The position numbers and the translations under genes are program-made. A model generated the notes under the pieces. It did no database searches. It was not told the origin of the DNA and saw only the letters and a program-made list of their open reading frames with translations. From Dehalococcoidia bacterium (GTDB taxonomy: Bacteria > Chloroflexota > Dehalococcoidia > SM23-28-2 > RBG-16-64-32), in contig DAOUMF010000067.1 in assembly GCA_034411955.1 (NCBI GenBank), forward strand, positions 1-42,972: a stretch of 42,972 nucleotides of DNA, given 5' to 3'. This document shows, one piece after another, positions 1 to 8,831 of this stretch. The stretch's first letter is position 1, and each line of letters opens with the position of its first letter.

Positions 1-2590
1 CATCGTACTTGCGCAGGAGCGACTTCGCCGTTTCCACGTCGCTCGTCGTGTAGATCTCCGCTACCTCGTCAGGACGGTCCGTGAACGGCGTCTCGGAGGG
101 CGAGCCCCCACCCTCTTCCGGACGCCCGCGCCACTGTATTTCATGACCCACCCAGCCGATGACAGTGGGCAGGCCGGTGCGGGATGAGACACGGGCATAG
201 TCACTGAAGTCATCGCCCACGCCCTCCAGGATCACCGGTGTGCCCTCCACGTTCCGGTTCAGCCACTGTATCGCTTCGTACTCCGCGGGCTCATCTCGCT
301 GCACGTACACCAGGCCGTTCACGCTCTGAGCGTGGCGAAAGCCGTCGCTCCGCTCGAATGTGACGGTGACGGGGTAGACTAGGGCCGCCGCCAGGACCAC
401 CGTCGTGACACCCAGCCAGCCCAGGCGCCGCCAGATGACGGTGCCGGAGGCATCCCGTACCGCGGCGGCGACGGCGTAGCCGGCGATGGACACGCCGACG
501 ATGAAGATCCCCAGCGTGGCCGTCCACCACCTGGCATACAGCACCTCCCAGGGCTCGATGGCCACGACAATGGTGTAGGCCGCCCCAAAGGCCAGGCCCA
601 CGCCGGCGAGCAGCCGCCAAGGAACCTCCTCCGGCCACAGCTTCGGTAACCGCCAGCCCAGGGTCAGCCGGTAGAGGCCGAAGCCGCCGACGATGGCGAG
701 TATGATCCAGCTCTGGTGCCAGAACCGGAAAACCGTGTTCGCCCGCCATCCTAAGATATCATTCACGAAATAGAACTCCGCCCCCAGGAGCATCATGAGC
801 GCGAATCCGGCCAGCAGAAAGGCGAATACCTGACCTCGATCGTGCTCATGAGAGGGCGTCCGTAGTTGATGGAGAAAGGCGAGCGCCACAGCCGTGATGG
901 AGGCTATGAGCATGAGCACCGTCAGGAGGCTTGGGCCCCGCTCCCAGAGCTCTTCCCCCAGGCGCTCAGGGCTGAGGTCTAAGGCCACCCGCCAGTCGAG
1001 CGGATTCCAGCCCAGGTCTACCAGCAATCCGGTCGTCACCAGAAACGCCCACAGACCCACGGGTACGGCCCAAAGCGAGGCGGCAAGGGCCAGCAGCGGA
1101 GGCTTCAGAATCTCGCGGCGGTGCCGGCACGCGTACGCGCCCACGAATGAGAGGCTGACCCACAGCAGCGGCGACCAGAACAGCAGGAAGTGCAGTGGCC
1201 GCGTTGACTCCGACGCGGCTGGCAGCCGGCCGACGGTCGCCGCCACCTCGGTGATGTCCACTCCGCTCGTCTGCGCCTTGAAGTCAAGGTAGAAGGGAAG
1301 GTACAAGAGGAGTACCGTCCCGATAATGGGGAGCACGAAGCCTGCGCTGTCCAGTAGCACTCGCCACAGGCTGCCGGCGGTCCGCAGCCAATTGGCGATG
1401 ACGGCCGCGGCCAGGATCATCAGACCGGTCACGGGTATCGTCCAGGCGTCTGTGAAGGCCACGCCCCCCAGCAGCAGGGCCAGCAACAGGTGGCGCCCCG
1501 GGTGACGTATCCACCAGAGGGCGTCCAGGCTTTCCTCCTTCGCTCCCTCCTTGGCAGAGCCTGCGCCGCGCGCTCCCAGCACGATGAGCAGAGCTGTCGC
1601 GAACACGGTGACAAGCAACGGCATAGCAAGCACGTGGGGATGCAGGTCCCCGAACTGGAAGCTGAAGAAGGGGAACTCCTGGATATCGAACCGCGAGCCT
1701 ATGCGGGTGGCCCACCACCACCACCAGTACCGCGTGGGGTACCACGCGCTGCAGTCGCCCGCAGCGCCTGCGCAGTCGTAGGGACCGTTCAGGCCGGAGA
1801 TACCCACGAGCCCGTAGAACCCCCGTGAGCCGACACCGTGCCGGGCCATCAACTCAAACACGCCCGCCAGGTTGCTCACTATCAGCATCAGTGCCGCCCC
1901 GCTCAGGCCGAACACGACTCCTCTCGGGATGAGAGCCGGGCCCTCCCGCAGCGTCCCGTCGGCCCGGCGCTGACTGACGGCGATCATGTTGTAGACCAGG
2001 CCGAAGCCCGTAACAGCGGCGAGAGCGGCCATCAGTGATAGCCCGAAATAGAAGGTCACGTTCGTACCCAGGGCCACGAGCTTGGTCAGGGCAGCGATCA
2101 TCACGTAGCCGAAGTAGTAGTAGCTGATGGAGTGGCCAGCAAGCCACGGGTCCCGAGGGGGAAACGACTCGCTGCGGCTGATCGAGTTCAGAAAGGCCAG
2201 CTCGAACGGCTTCTCGCCCCAGACGATCTCAGGCGCGAACGAACGGATGAATACGGCGCTGGCCAGCACCGCGAAGAACAGCACCTCCACGAGCGCGATG
2301 TACCCCCACCACGAGCGGAGGAAGCGCGTCATGTCCCGTCGATACGGTACCGCGAACGCGGCGGACAGGCCCGCCAGCAGCAGAAGAAGAAGGATCACGG
2401 AGCTGCGGCTGTTGGGGAAGAGGCCCACCACGGATCCCATCCAGAGGCCGTACGCTAACAAGAGCAGCCCCACGACCTTCGTGAAGGCAAAGCCACGGTC
2501 AGGAAGCCATCGGAAGAAGGCGAACGTCAGGGGGAAGGCAGCCAGGCCAACGGCCTCGATGCCCACCCACCACGCGAAGAATTCCTTCAT
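1..2590 (-). CDS. chlor_Arch_YYY (TIGR03662 / DUF2298) polytopic membrane protein, paralog A; 3' end runs off the left window edge
   Basis: Absent from the ORF track because no stop lies inside the window. Hand translation of the minus strand from ATG at 2590 gives MKEFFAWWVGIEAVGLAAFPLTFAFFRWLPDRGFAFTKVVGLLLLAYGLWMG. Further along it reads GEKPFELAFLNSI, PRDPWLAGHSISYYYFGYVM (YYY codons about 2114-2122) and RVSSRTGLPTVIGWVGHEIQWRG. At the window edge it reads EIYTTSDVETAKSLLRKYD. The sampled segments at both ends and in the middle share one frame and are colinear with the 859- and 816-aa paralogs. None of the listed minus-strand ORFs in 1-2772 uses this frame. Confidence 0.85.
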   Translation of the reverse strand, partial: MKEFFAWWVGIEAVGLAAFPLTFAFFRWLPDRGFAFTKVVGLLLLAYGLWMGSVVGLFPNSRSSVILLLLLLAGLSAAFAVPYRRDMTRFLRSWWGYIALVEVLFFAVLASAVFIRSFAPEIVWGEKPFELAFLNSISRSESFPPRDPWLAGHSISYYYFGYVMIAALTKLVALGTNVTFYFGLSLMAALAAVTGFGLVYNMIAVSQRRADGTLREGPALIPRGVVFGLSGAALMLIVSNLAGVFELMARHGVGSRGFYGLVGISGLNGPYDCAGAAGDCSAWYPTRYWWWWWATRIGSRFDIQEFPFFSFQFGDLHPHVLAMPLLVTVFATALLIVLGARGAGSAKEGAKEESLDALWWIRHPGRHLLLALLLGGVAFTDAWTIPVTGLMILAAAVIANWLRTAGSLWRVLLDSAGFVLPIIGTVLLLYLPFYLDFKAQTSGVDITEVAATVGRLPAASESTRPLHFLLFWSPLLWVSLSFVGAYACRHRREILKPPLLALAASLWAVPVGLWAFLVTTGLLVDLGWNPLDWRVALDLSPERLGEELWERGPSLLTVLMLIASITAVALAFLHQLRTPSHEHDRGQVFAFLLAGFALMMLLGAEFYFVNDILGWRANTVFRFWHQSWIILAIVGGFGLYRLTLGWRLPKLWPEEVPWRLLAGVGLAFGAAYTIVVAIEPWEVLYARWWTATLGIFIVGVSIAGYAVAAAVRDASGTVIWRRLGWLGVTTVVLAAALVYPVTVTFERSDGFRHAQSVNGLVYVQRDEPAEYEAIQWLNRNVEGTPVILEGVGDDFSDYARVSSRTGLPTVIGWVGHEIQWRGRPEEGGGSPSETPFTDRPDEVAEIYTTSDVETAKSLLRKYD

Positions 2591-3023
2591 TCCACTGGAA
2601 AGCTTACTTGTCTGCGAGCCCAAGTGACTAGCGTCTTCCTCCTTGCCCCTGGCCGAGACGCTGCCGGGGCACCTGCCACGGCTGCGAGTGGGCTCCAGCG
2701 GGCCACCGGTGTCGCCCGGTTGGGGCACTGGCCTCCGCAGCCACCGTTTGCGCTCACGCAGCGGCGCGGCACGACAACCTATGATCAGGCGTGGACGTTC
2801 TAAGCATAGGTATGCCGCAACCCCGCCCCCAGGACGCGTCGCTCCCCGAATCTCAGCCCGAAGGCGCACCGCCTGGCCTCCAGCCCCAGGGTGACGCCTG
2901 GCGGCTGGCAGAAGGGTGGGCGCCCAGCGATTTTGATCCGCCTACCGCCTGGCGCTGGTTCGCCTACCGGCAGCCGTACGGTAGGCTGTCAGTAGTGGAC
3001 GTGCAGATCCTGGCACCGACGCA

Positions 3024-6000
3024 GTGAGCGAACTGTCGGAGCGGATACCGCTCAAGAGCGGGGAAGAAGCGCGGCCGGCCCGCACTATCTCGACGCGTCT
3101 GCAGATCGACTGGCTGGTGGTGGCATTCGCTGCCCTGATCATCGTCGCGGCCGGCATGCGCTTCTGGGATCTCGGATCGCGCGCCTTTCACCACGACGAG
3201 AGCCTGCACGCGTGGACGGCCTGGAAGCTGTTCCAGGGGGAGCGGTACGAGCACGAGCCCTGGCTGCACGGCCCCTTTCAGTTCTTTGGCACGGCCCTCT
3301 CGTTCCTCCTGTTCGGGGTCAGCGACCAAACGGCGCGCATCCTGCCTGCCGTCTTCGGCTCAGCGCTGGTAGCGCTGCCCTTCTTCATCCGACGCCGCCT
3401 GGGGACGGCCGGAGCCCTGCTGGCCGCTGCGGCCATCGCCTTCTCGCCTACGCTGCTCTATTTCAGCCGCTTTGCCCGCAACGACATCTACATCGCCTTC
3501 TTCACCCTGGGCCTGGTGGTGGCCCTCTGGCGCTACATCGACGACCAGAAGCCGCGCTACCTGTACATGGCGGGACTACTCCTCGGACTCGCCTTTGCCA
3601 CCAAGGAAAGCATCTTCATCAACGCAGCGGTGCTGATAGCCTTCCTGAACGTCTGGCTGGCAGTCCACTTCTGGCGGCAAATCGACAACCACAACAGGCC
3701 GGGCGCCGGCTATAGTCTCAGCGCGCTCATCCTGTTGCTTGCCTCGGCCTGGGCCGTCGTTGCCCTCTGGCCCTTCACACGCAACTGGCGCGAACGAATC
3801 GGCCTTCGCCAGTGGCACCCGGCGGCCGACTTCCTCATCGTCCTCGGCACCCTGTCGCTGCCCCAGTTCGCCGCCGCCGTCCAGGTGCCGCTGGATGCTG
3901 TCCTCGGCGTTGATGATTCCGACCTGGCCCGCTCTGCTGGCGGCGGTCTCACCCGCGAGAACGTCCTCGGGTTCTTCTCCATCCTGACGCTCGTGGCCTC
4001 GACGGCCATCATCGGCCTGCGCTGGAACGCGAAGGTCTGGGCGGTGGTGGCGCTGGCGTTCTACGTTCCGTACGCGCTGCTGTACACCTCCTTCTTCACC
4101 AACCTGGACGGCTTCTACTCCGGCCACTGGGGATCCCTGGACTACTGGCTGGAGCAGCAGGACGTCCGCCGTGGTGATCAGCCTTGGTTCTACTACCTCA
4201 TGCTCCTGCCCACGTACGAGTTCTTGCCCCTCTTGTTCGCTGCACCAGCTCTCTTCTACTACGCTCTCCGCGGCGACGTGTTCCGCCGCTTCCTGGTGTT
4301 CTGGGCGGCCGCCACCGTGTTCGGCTACAGCATGGCCGGAGAGAAGATGCCATGGGTCAGCGTGAACACGGCGCTGCCGGTGATCCTCCTCGGAGCTATG
4401 GCTCTGGGGCAGCTCCTCACCTCGGCCCCCGCCCAAAGAGCGGGCGACTTCCTTGGAGCCTGTGCCCGGCCGCTGTCGGCAGCGGCGCTGGGCCTCACCC
4501 TCGTCTCCCTCGGTGTGTTTGGGCCGGCGGGCGGCCCCTGGATGGCGTTGCGCATCCTGTTGATGGCAGCGGCCTCACTGGGCCTCCTATGGCTCCTTCT
4601 GCCCGCGAACCTGGAGCGTCTCCCTGCTCCCGCCCGAGAGCGCCAGCGACGGGCTGGGCGCGACCCTGCACAGCCGATGGCCCTGCGGCGGATCGCCGTC
4701 GTGGTATCGTCCGCCGTAGCGGGAGGCCTGCTGGCCCTAACCCTGTTCGTCGGCGTGCGGCTGACCTATCAGCTCGGGGATGTCCCCCGGGAGCTTCTCG
4801 TCTATACCCAGACCTCGCCTCGCGTGCCCGACGTCGTCGACACCATCGAAGCGGCGTCTCGCACCTCGGGTCTGGGGGAAGACCTACCCGTCGTCATCGA
4901 CGGCGGCATCGAGCCCTGGATATGGTACCTGCGCGACTACGAGCACGTCACCTTCACACATGTGGGGGAGGGGTTCGAGGCACCGCCCGATGCGGTCGTC
5001 GTGGTGCTGGCTTCCAACGACGCAGTGATCCAGCCCTACGCCGGACAGTTCTACGAGCCGGTTCGCTTCCCCCTCCGCTGGTGGTTCCCTGAGTTCGAGA
5101 CCTACAAGACCCTGCCTACAGACAACGTGTTCGAGTTCGCCGAGGAGTTCGTGGGCAGCCTCTTCCGAGCCAGCACCTGGGGCAACTGGTGGACGTACTT
5201 CCGGGACCGAGCGCCGCCCAACGCACCCGCTGTCCCGGAGGAGGCCTTGGGGCGACTGGAGATGGTGGCCTACTTCCCCAAGCAGTACGGAGTCCAGGTT
5301 CCCACGGCGGGGCCGGAGCAGCCGCCCACCCCCACGATAACGCCGACCCTGCCGGCGCTGCGGAAGCTGCCGGTTGGCCTCGTGCTGGGCCAGTTCGGGA
5401 GCGAACCGGGCGCTTTCAACCAACCCGCCGGCCTGACCATTGACTCCCAGGGCAACCTGTACGTGACGGAGATCGGCAACCACCGCCTTCAGAAGTTCGA
5501 TCCGGACGGCAACGTCCTGGCCCAGGTGGGTGGCAAGGGTGAGAGCAACGGGCGCTTCGATGAGCCCTGGGGCGTGGCAACCGACGCAGAGGGTAACGTC
5601 TACGTCGCGGACACCTTTAACCACCGCATTCAGAAGTTCGACGCTGATCTCAATTTCCTTCGCGCCTGGGGCAGGCCAGCGTCCAGCCTCGACGATCCCG
5701 AACCTGACGCCTTCTGGGGGCCTTGTGACCTGGCCATCGACGCCGACGCCAACGTTTGGATAACCGATGGCGGAACCGGCCGCGTCCTCAAGTACAGCGC
5801 CGACGGTCGCCTCATTGAGGCGTTCGGCGGCCACGGCGATACCCCCGGCAGCTTCATCGAGCCCACCTCCATCGAAATCGCCCCCGCAGGCGACATCTTC
5901 GTGGCTGACGGCGGCAACCGGCGAGTGCAGAGATTCGACGCCCTCTTCAACTTCCTTGCCGAGTACCCGGTCCCCGGCTGGCTTTACGTGGACTCCGTGG

Positions 6001-6233
6001 CCAAGCCCTACATCGCCCTGTTGCCCGACGGCGGCCTGATCCTCAGCGACCCCACCCAGGACAAGCTGATCCGACTCGACGCGGAGGGCACGGCAGTTGC
6101 CACCCTCGACGCCGAAGATGCCCCGCTGACGCTGCCCCGCGGCGTCGCCTTCGACAGCCGCGGCTACGTGTACGTGGGAGAGGCCGGCCTCCATCAGGTG
6201 CGCCGCCTGGACCTCAGCGCTCCGGCGCCGTAG
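3024..6233 (+). CDS. TIGR03663-family / GT39(PMT_2, ArnT)-like polytopic membrane protein fused to a C-terminal six-bladed NHL-repeat beta-propeller
   Basis: 1069-aa ORF with a GTG start. The hydrophobic N-terminal ~700 aa carries the family-diagnostic DE dipeptide (HHDESLHAW, nt 3189-3200) and HGP tripeptide (WLHGPFQFF, nt 3267-3275). The C-terminal part (nt ~5388-6215) has six NHL repeats: GLTIDSQGNLYVTEIGNHRLQKFD, PWGVATDAEGNVYVADTFNHRIQKFD, PCDLAIDADANVWITDGGTGRVLKY, PTSIEIAPAGDIFVADGGNRRVQRFD, LILSDPTQDKLIRLD and PRGVAFDSRGYVYVGEAGLHQVRRLD. Confidence 0.85.
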   Translation: MSELSERIPLKSGEEARPARTISTRLQIDWLVVAFAALIIVAAGMRFWDLGSRAFHHDESLHAWTAWKLFQGERYEHEPWLHGPFQFFGTALSFLLFGVSDQTARILPAVFGSALVALPFFIRRRLGTAGALLAAAAIAFSPTLLYFSRFARNDIYIAFFTLGLVVALWRYIDDQKPRYLYMAGLLLGLAFATKESIFINAAVLIAFLNVWLAVHFWRQIDNHNRPGAGYSLSALILLLASAWAVVALWPFTRNWRERIGLRQWHPAADFLIVLGTLSLPQFAAAVQVPLDAVLGVDDSDLARSAGGGLTRENVLGFFSILTLVASTAIIGLRWNAKVWAVVALAFYVPYALLYTSFFTNLDGFYSGHWGSLDYWLEQQDVRRGDQPWFYYLMLLPTYEFLPLLFAAPALFYYALRGDVFRRFLVFWAAATVFGYSMAGEKMPWVSVNTALPVILLGAMALGQLLTSAPAQRAGDFLGACARPLSAAALGLTLVSLGVFGPAGGPWMALRILLMAAASLGLLWLLLPANLERLPAPARERQRRAGRDPAQPMALRRIAVVVSSAVAGGLLALTLFVGVRLTYQLGDVPRELLVYTQTSPRVPDVVDTIEAASRTSGLGEDLPVVIDGGIEPWIWYLRDYEHVTFTHVGEGFEAPPDAVVVVLASNDAVIQPYAGQFYEPVRFPLRWWFPEFETYKTLPTDNVFEFAEEFVGSLFRASTWGNWWTYFRDRAPPNAPAVPEEALGRLEMVAYFPKQYGVQVPTAGPEQPPTPTITPTLPALRKLPVGLVLGQFGSEPGAFNQPAGLTIDSQGNLYVTEIGNHRLQKFDPDGNVLAQVGGKGESNGRFDEPWGVATDAEGNVYVADTFNHRIQKFDADLNFLRAWGRPASSLDDPEPDAFWGPCDLAIDADANVWITDGGTGRVLKYSADGRLIEAFGGHGDTPGSFIEPTSIEIAPAGDIFVADGGNRRVQRFDALFNFLAEYPVPGWLYVDSVAKPYIALLPDGGLILSDPTQDKLIRLDAEGTAVATLDAEDAPLTLPRGVAFDSRGYVYVGEAGLHQVRRLDLSAPAP

Positions 6234-6239
6234 CCGGGA

Positions 6240-8819
6240 CTACCGAGACGCAGCTTCCGGAACCGGCGCGCTGGCCCGGCCCGCCAGGTCGTTGGGGACG
6301 CGGTAGATGGTCACGCTTGAGCTTGTGTACACCGCCTCGAAGGAGCGCTCGAACTTGGAGAGACCGTCTTCGCCGTAGACCTGCCTCTCGGCCGGGCCCA
6401 CGTACACGTAGTCGACGCCGTACTGCTCAAGGAGAGGCATCGCCTCAGAGAGATCAGGCGCGGCGTAAATCTTTTCGATCGCCTCCCTGCGTTCCGCCAG
6501 TGGGCGCTCCGACAGTGGGTCAGCGCACGTGCCGTAGGCGCGCCAGCGGCACTCGTGCCAGGGCCAACCCAGGATCGTCTGCAGGCCGGTGGCCGCTGAG
6601 ACCTGCCCTCGACCGGGGTCGTAGTCCTCACCCACCGCCTCAAGCACCACCGCATCCTCAGGGACGTTCTCTCCCAACCAGAGGAAGGCTTCGTAGCCAT
6701 CGCTGTTGTAGTCTTTGACGAAACTCAGCCCATCCAGCGTCTGCGTCGCCTCATTGAACTCGCCGGTGCGCCAGAGGGTGGCCGGCAACGGATAGACCAA
6801 CGCCCCGAGGATGATGACGGCGGTGATACCGCCCCAGGCGACCTTGCTCGCCAGGACCGAAGGTCCGCCGACCGGCCACCTAGAGAAGACGTAGTACAGG
6901 CCATAGGCCAGCGCCGCGCTGAGGAGGATCCAGGCCTGGAAGCCGATACGGAAGACGGTGTTGAAGCGAGTACCGAACGGGTCTTGCACCCAGAATAGCT
7001 CTATCCCGAGGAGCATGAGGAGCGCTACACCCGTGATCGTGATCACGAGAAGCGCTCCCTGCTGCCCTTCGCTCTCCTGCGCTCGCTTGGCCTGGAGGCG
7101 GAAGGCCAGGACAGCCAAAGCCAGCAGCGCGCCCAGGATCAGCATAGTGACCCAGCTCGCCTCCCGTGTCGCCACCTCGTCGGCCAGGCCAGCGGGGCCC
7201 CGCTTGGCCAGGATCAAGAAGGCCCAGATACCAAGGGGGACCAGCGCCGGCCAGACCACCGCCGCTGCCGAAGTCGCGACGACTTGAGCCCTCCCTGTGC
7301 CGACCGTCGCTCGGCCGGTTGACCTCCTCGCTGCTACCACCACAGCTACCACCAGGAAGGAGAGAAGCAGCCACACGTGCGGCAGCCACTGGTAGATGAA
7401 GTGGTGCGGCTGCGTCACGGTGGCCTCCAGGGGAGCGAAGCCGCGATGCATGACCTCGATAGGCTGGATCCCCTCGCTGACGGAGCGCAGGCCAACGTAA
7501 AAGGGAGCGAAAGCCAGCACCGCGAGGACCGCGGGGGGCAGCCCGAAGGCCAGCCCCGCCTCCACCGTCCCTCGACTGAAGCCCCCGTCGCGCACGTACC
7601 TCTTGAGGGCAGGGACCGCCACCAGGAGCAAGAGGAAGGGCGGCAGCGCCCATAGCTCGACGAAGCCGGTGGCCCCCACCACCAGCGCCGTCACTGCGAG
7701 CCGCGGCAGGTGGGCAAACCAGAACTGGACCCCCTCCAGGGCGGCGCGCCTCACGCCGGCGGCCACCTCGCGAACCAAGCTGTCGGCACGCTGGCCGCCC
7801 ACCCGCTCTATCGGCAGGTAGTCCGAGCGCCACAAGTCCAGGACGGCGGCCAGGGCCAGGAAGTCGAACGGGATCACCATCATGTGCGCGTGGAGGTCCC
7901 CCTGCAGAAAGGTGAAGAACGGGAACTCCCGCCCGTCCCAGGGGCTCGCTATCTGCACAGAGCGCACGACCCACCACCATTCCGTGGGGTACCACTTGGG
8001 CGACTCCACGGCCTCGGTGATGCCGTTGATGTCCAGTATCCTGTAGAACCTCTCTGAGCCAACGCCGTTGGCCGATAGCAGCTCCACCACTCCTACGATG
8101 TTGCTCAGGAAGAGAAGAAAGACGACGCCTGCCAGTCCGAAGAGCATGGCCCGCCATCCAAGCCGGGTCGCCAGCAGGTTGTAGACGATGCCGAAGACGC
8201 CACTGGCCGCCAGGGCGACGATCACGGCGATGGCGAGATTGAAGGTGATCCGGGATGGGATACCGGTGAGCTCCGTGAGGGTGGCGACGTTCATGTGGCC
8301 GAAGTAGTACCAGGCGATGGAGCCGCCTGACCACCAGGGATCTTGCGGGGGGAAATAGTCGCTGTGGAGGATGCCGTTGATGAAGGCGAAATCCGCCGTC
8401 TTCTCCGGGATGCTGATCTCCGGCACGAAGGAGCGCAGGTAGACGGCCACCGCGAACGAGACGGTGAACAGCCCCTCCACGGCCAGCATGTAGGGCCACC
8501 GCTCGCGGGCGAACGCCTGGAACTCAGAGCGCCGCCGCAACACCACGACGACCGAGGCCACGGCCATGACCGCCAGCAGGGCGATGATCGTCGCCCTCTC
8601 GAAGGGAAGGACGTGGAGAAGGCCGCCAATCCAGAGGGAGTATGAGAGGAGCACCAGCGCGAACACCTTCGCAAAGGCGTAGCCGCGGTCCGGCAGCCAC
8701 CTGAAGAAGACGAAGGCCAGCGGGAAGGCGCACAGCCCCATGAGCACCACAGCGATCCACCAGACGACCGCGTCCGGCTGCGAGAGCCACCAGAAGAGAG
8801 CGTCAAACGCTTCCCGCAT
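6240..8819 (-). CDS. chlor_Arch_YYY (TIGR03662 / DUF2298) polytopic membrane protein, paralog B
   Basis: 859-aa strongly hydrophobic ORF. Motifs: FRWLPDRGYAFAKV near the N-terminus, loop motif PEKTADFAFINGILH, and PQDPWWSGGSIAWYYFGH (a WYY variant of YYY). The C-terminal soluble region reads QVSAATGLQTILGWPWHECRWRAYG and VDYVYVGPAERQVYGEDGLSKF...VTIYRV. Clearly homologous to paralogs A and C but divergent by eye. Confidence 0.85.
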   Translation of the reverse strand: MREAFDALFWWLSQPDAVVWWIAVVLMGLCAFPLAFVFFRWLPDRGYAFAKVFALVLLSYSLWIGGLLHVLPFERATIIALLAVMAVASVVVVLRRRSEFQAFARERWPYMLAVEGLFTVSFAVAVYLRSFVPEISIPEKTADFAFINGILHSDYFPPQDPWWSGGSIAWYYFGHMNVATLTELTGIPSRITFNLAIAVIVALAASGVFGIVYNLLATRLGWRAMLFGLAGVVFLLFLSNIVGVVELLSANGVGSERFYRILDINGITEAVESPKWYPTEWWWVVRSVQIASPWDGREFPFFTFLQGDLHAHMMVIPFDFLALAAVLDLWRSDYLPIERVGGQRADSLVREVAAGVRRAALEGVQFWFAHLPRLAVTALVVGATGFVELWALPPFLLLLVAVPALKRYVRDGGFSRGTVEAGLAFGLPPAVLAVLAFAPFYVGLRSVSEGIQPIEVMHRGFAPLEATVTQPHHFIYQWLPHVWLLLSFLVVAVVVAARRSTGRATVGTGRAQVVATSAAAVVWPALVPLGIWAFLILAKRGPAGLADEVATREASWVTMLILGALLALAVLAFRLQAKRAQESEGQQGALLVITITGVALLMLLGIELFWVQDPFGTRFNTVFRIGFQAWILLSAALAYGLYYVFSRWPVGGPSVLASKVAWGGITAVIILGALVYPLPATLWRTGEFNEATQTLDGLSFVKDYNSDGYEAFLWLGENVPEDAVVLEAVGEDYDPGRGQVSAATGLQTILGWPWHECRWRAYGTCADPLSERPLAERREAIEKIYAAPDLSEAMPLLEQYGVDYVYVGPAERQVYGEDGLSKFERSFEAVYTSSSVTIYRVPNDLAGRASAPVPEAASR

Positions 8820-8831
8820 CAGTGCTCCCGC

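Noticed and set aside
1-2590. The ORF track shows only short fragments here, which could suggest a degraded pseudogene or a non-coding region.
   Set aside because: The true frame (minus strand, start 2590) has no stop inside the window, so an ORF finder that needs a stop cannot list it. Hand translation at both ends and in the middle gives uninterrupted paralog-like sequence in one frame. The same applies to 41568-42972 on the plus strand.
2591-3023. Small ORFs (2643..2894+, 2791..3027+, 2587..2772-) and a 6-bp hairpin (CCTATG...CATAGG, 2778-2810) in the 433-nt divergent spacer.
   Set aside because: The ORFs are Arg/Pro-rich with no RBS or motif, and the hairpin has a 21-nt loop and no supporting context. 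The spacer most likely holds divergent promoters that I cannot pinpoint by eye.
4884-8499. Long alternative-frame ORFs: 4884..6194(-), 6880..8499(-). Similar ones elsewhere include 25657..26913(-), 21264..22361(-), 34090..35229(-), 31874..33019(-), 36068..37045(-) and 41151..42272(-).
   Set aside because: All overlap motif-bearing genes on the other strand or in another frame. All have Arg/Gly/Pro/Ala-dominated composition without family signatures. I treat them as non-coding shadows.
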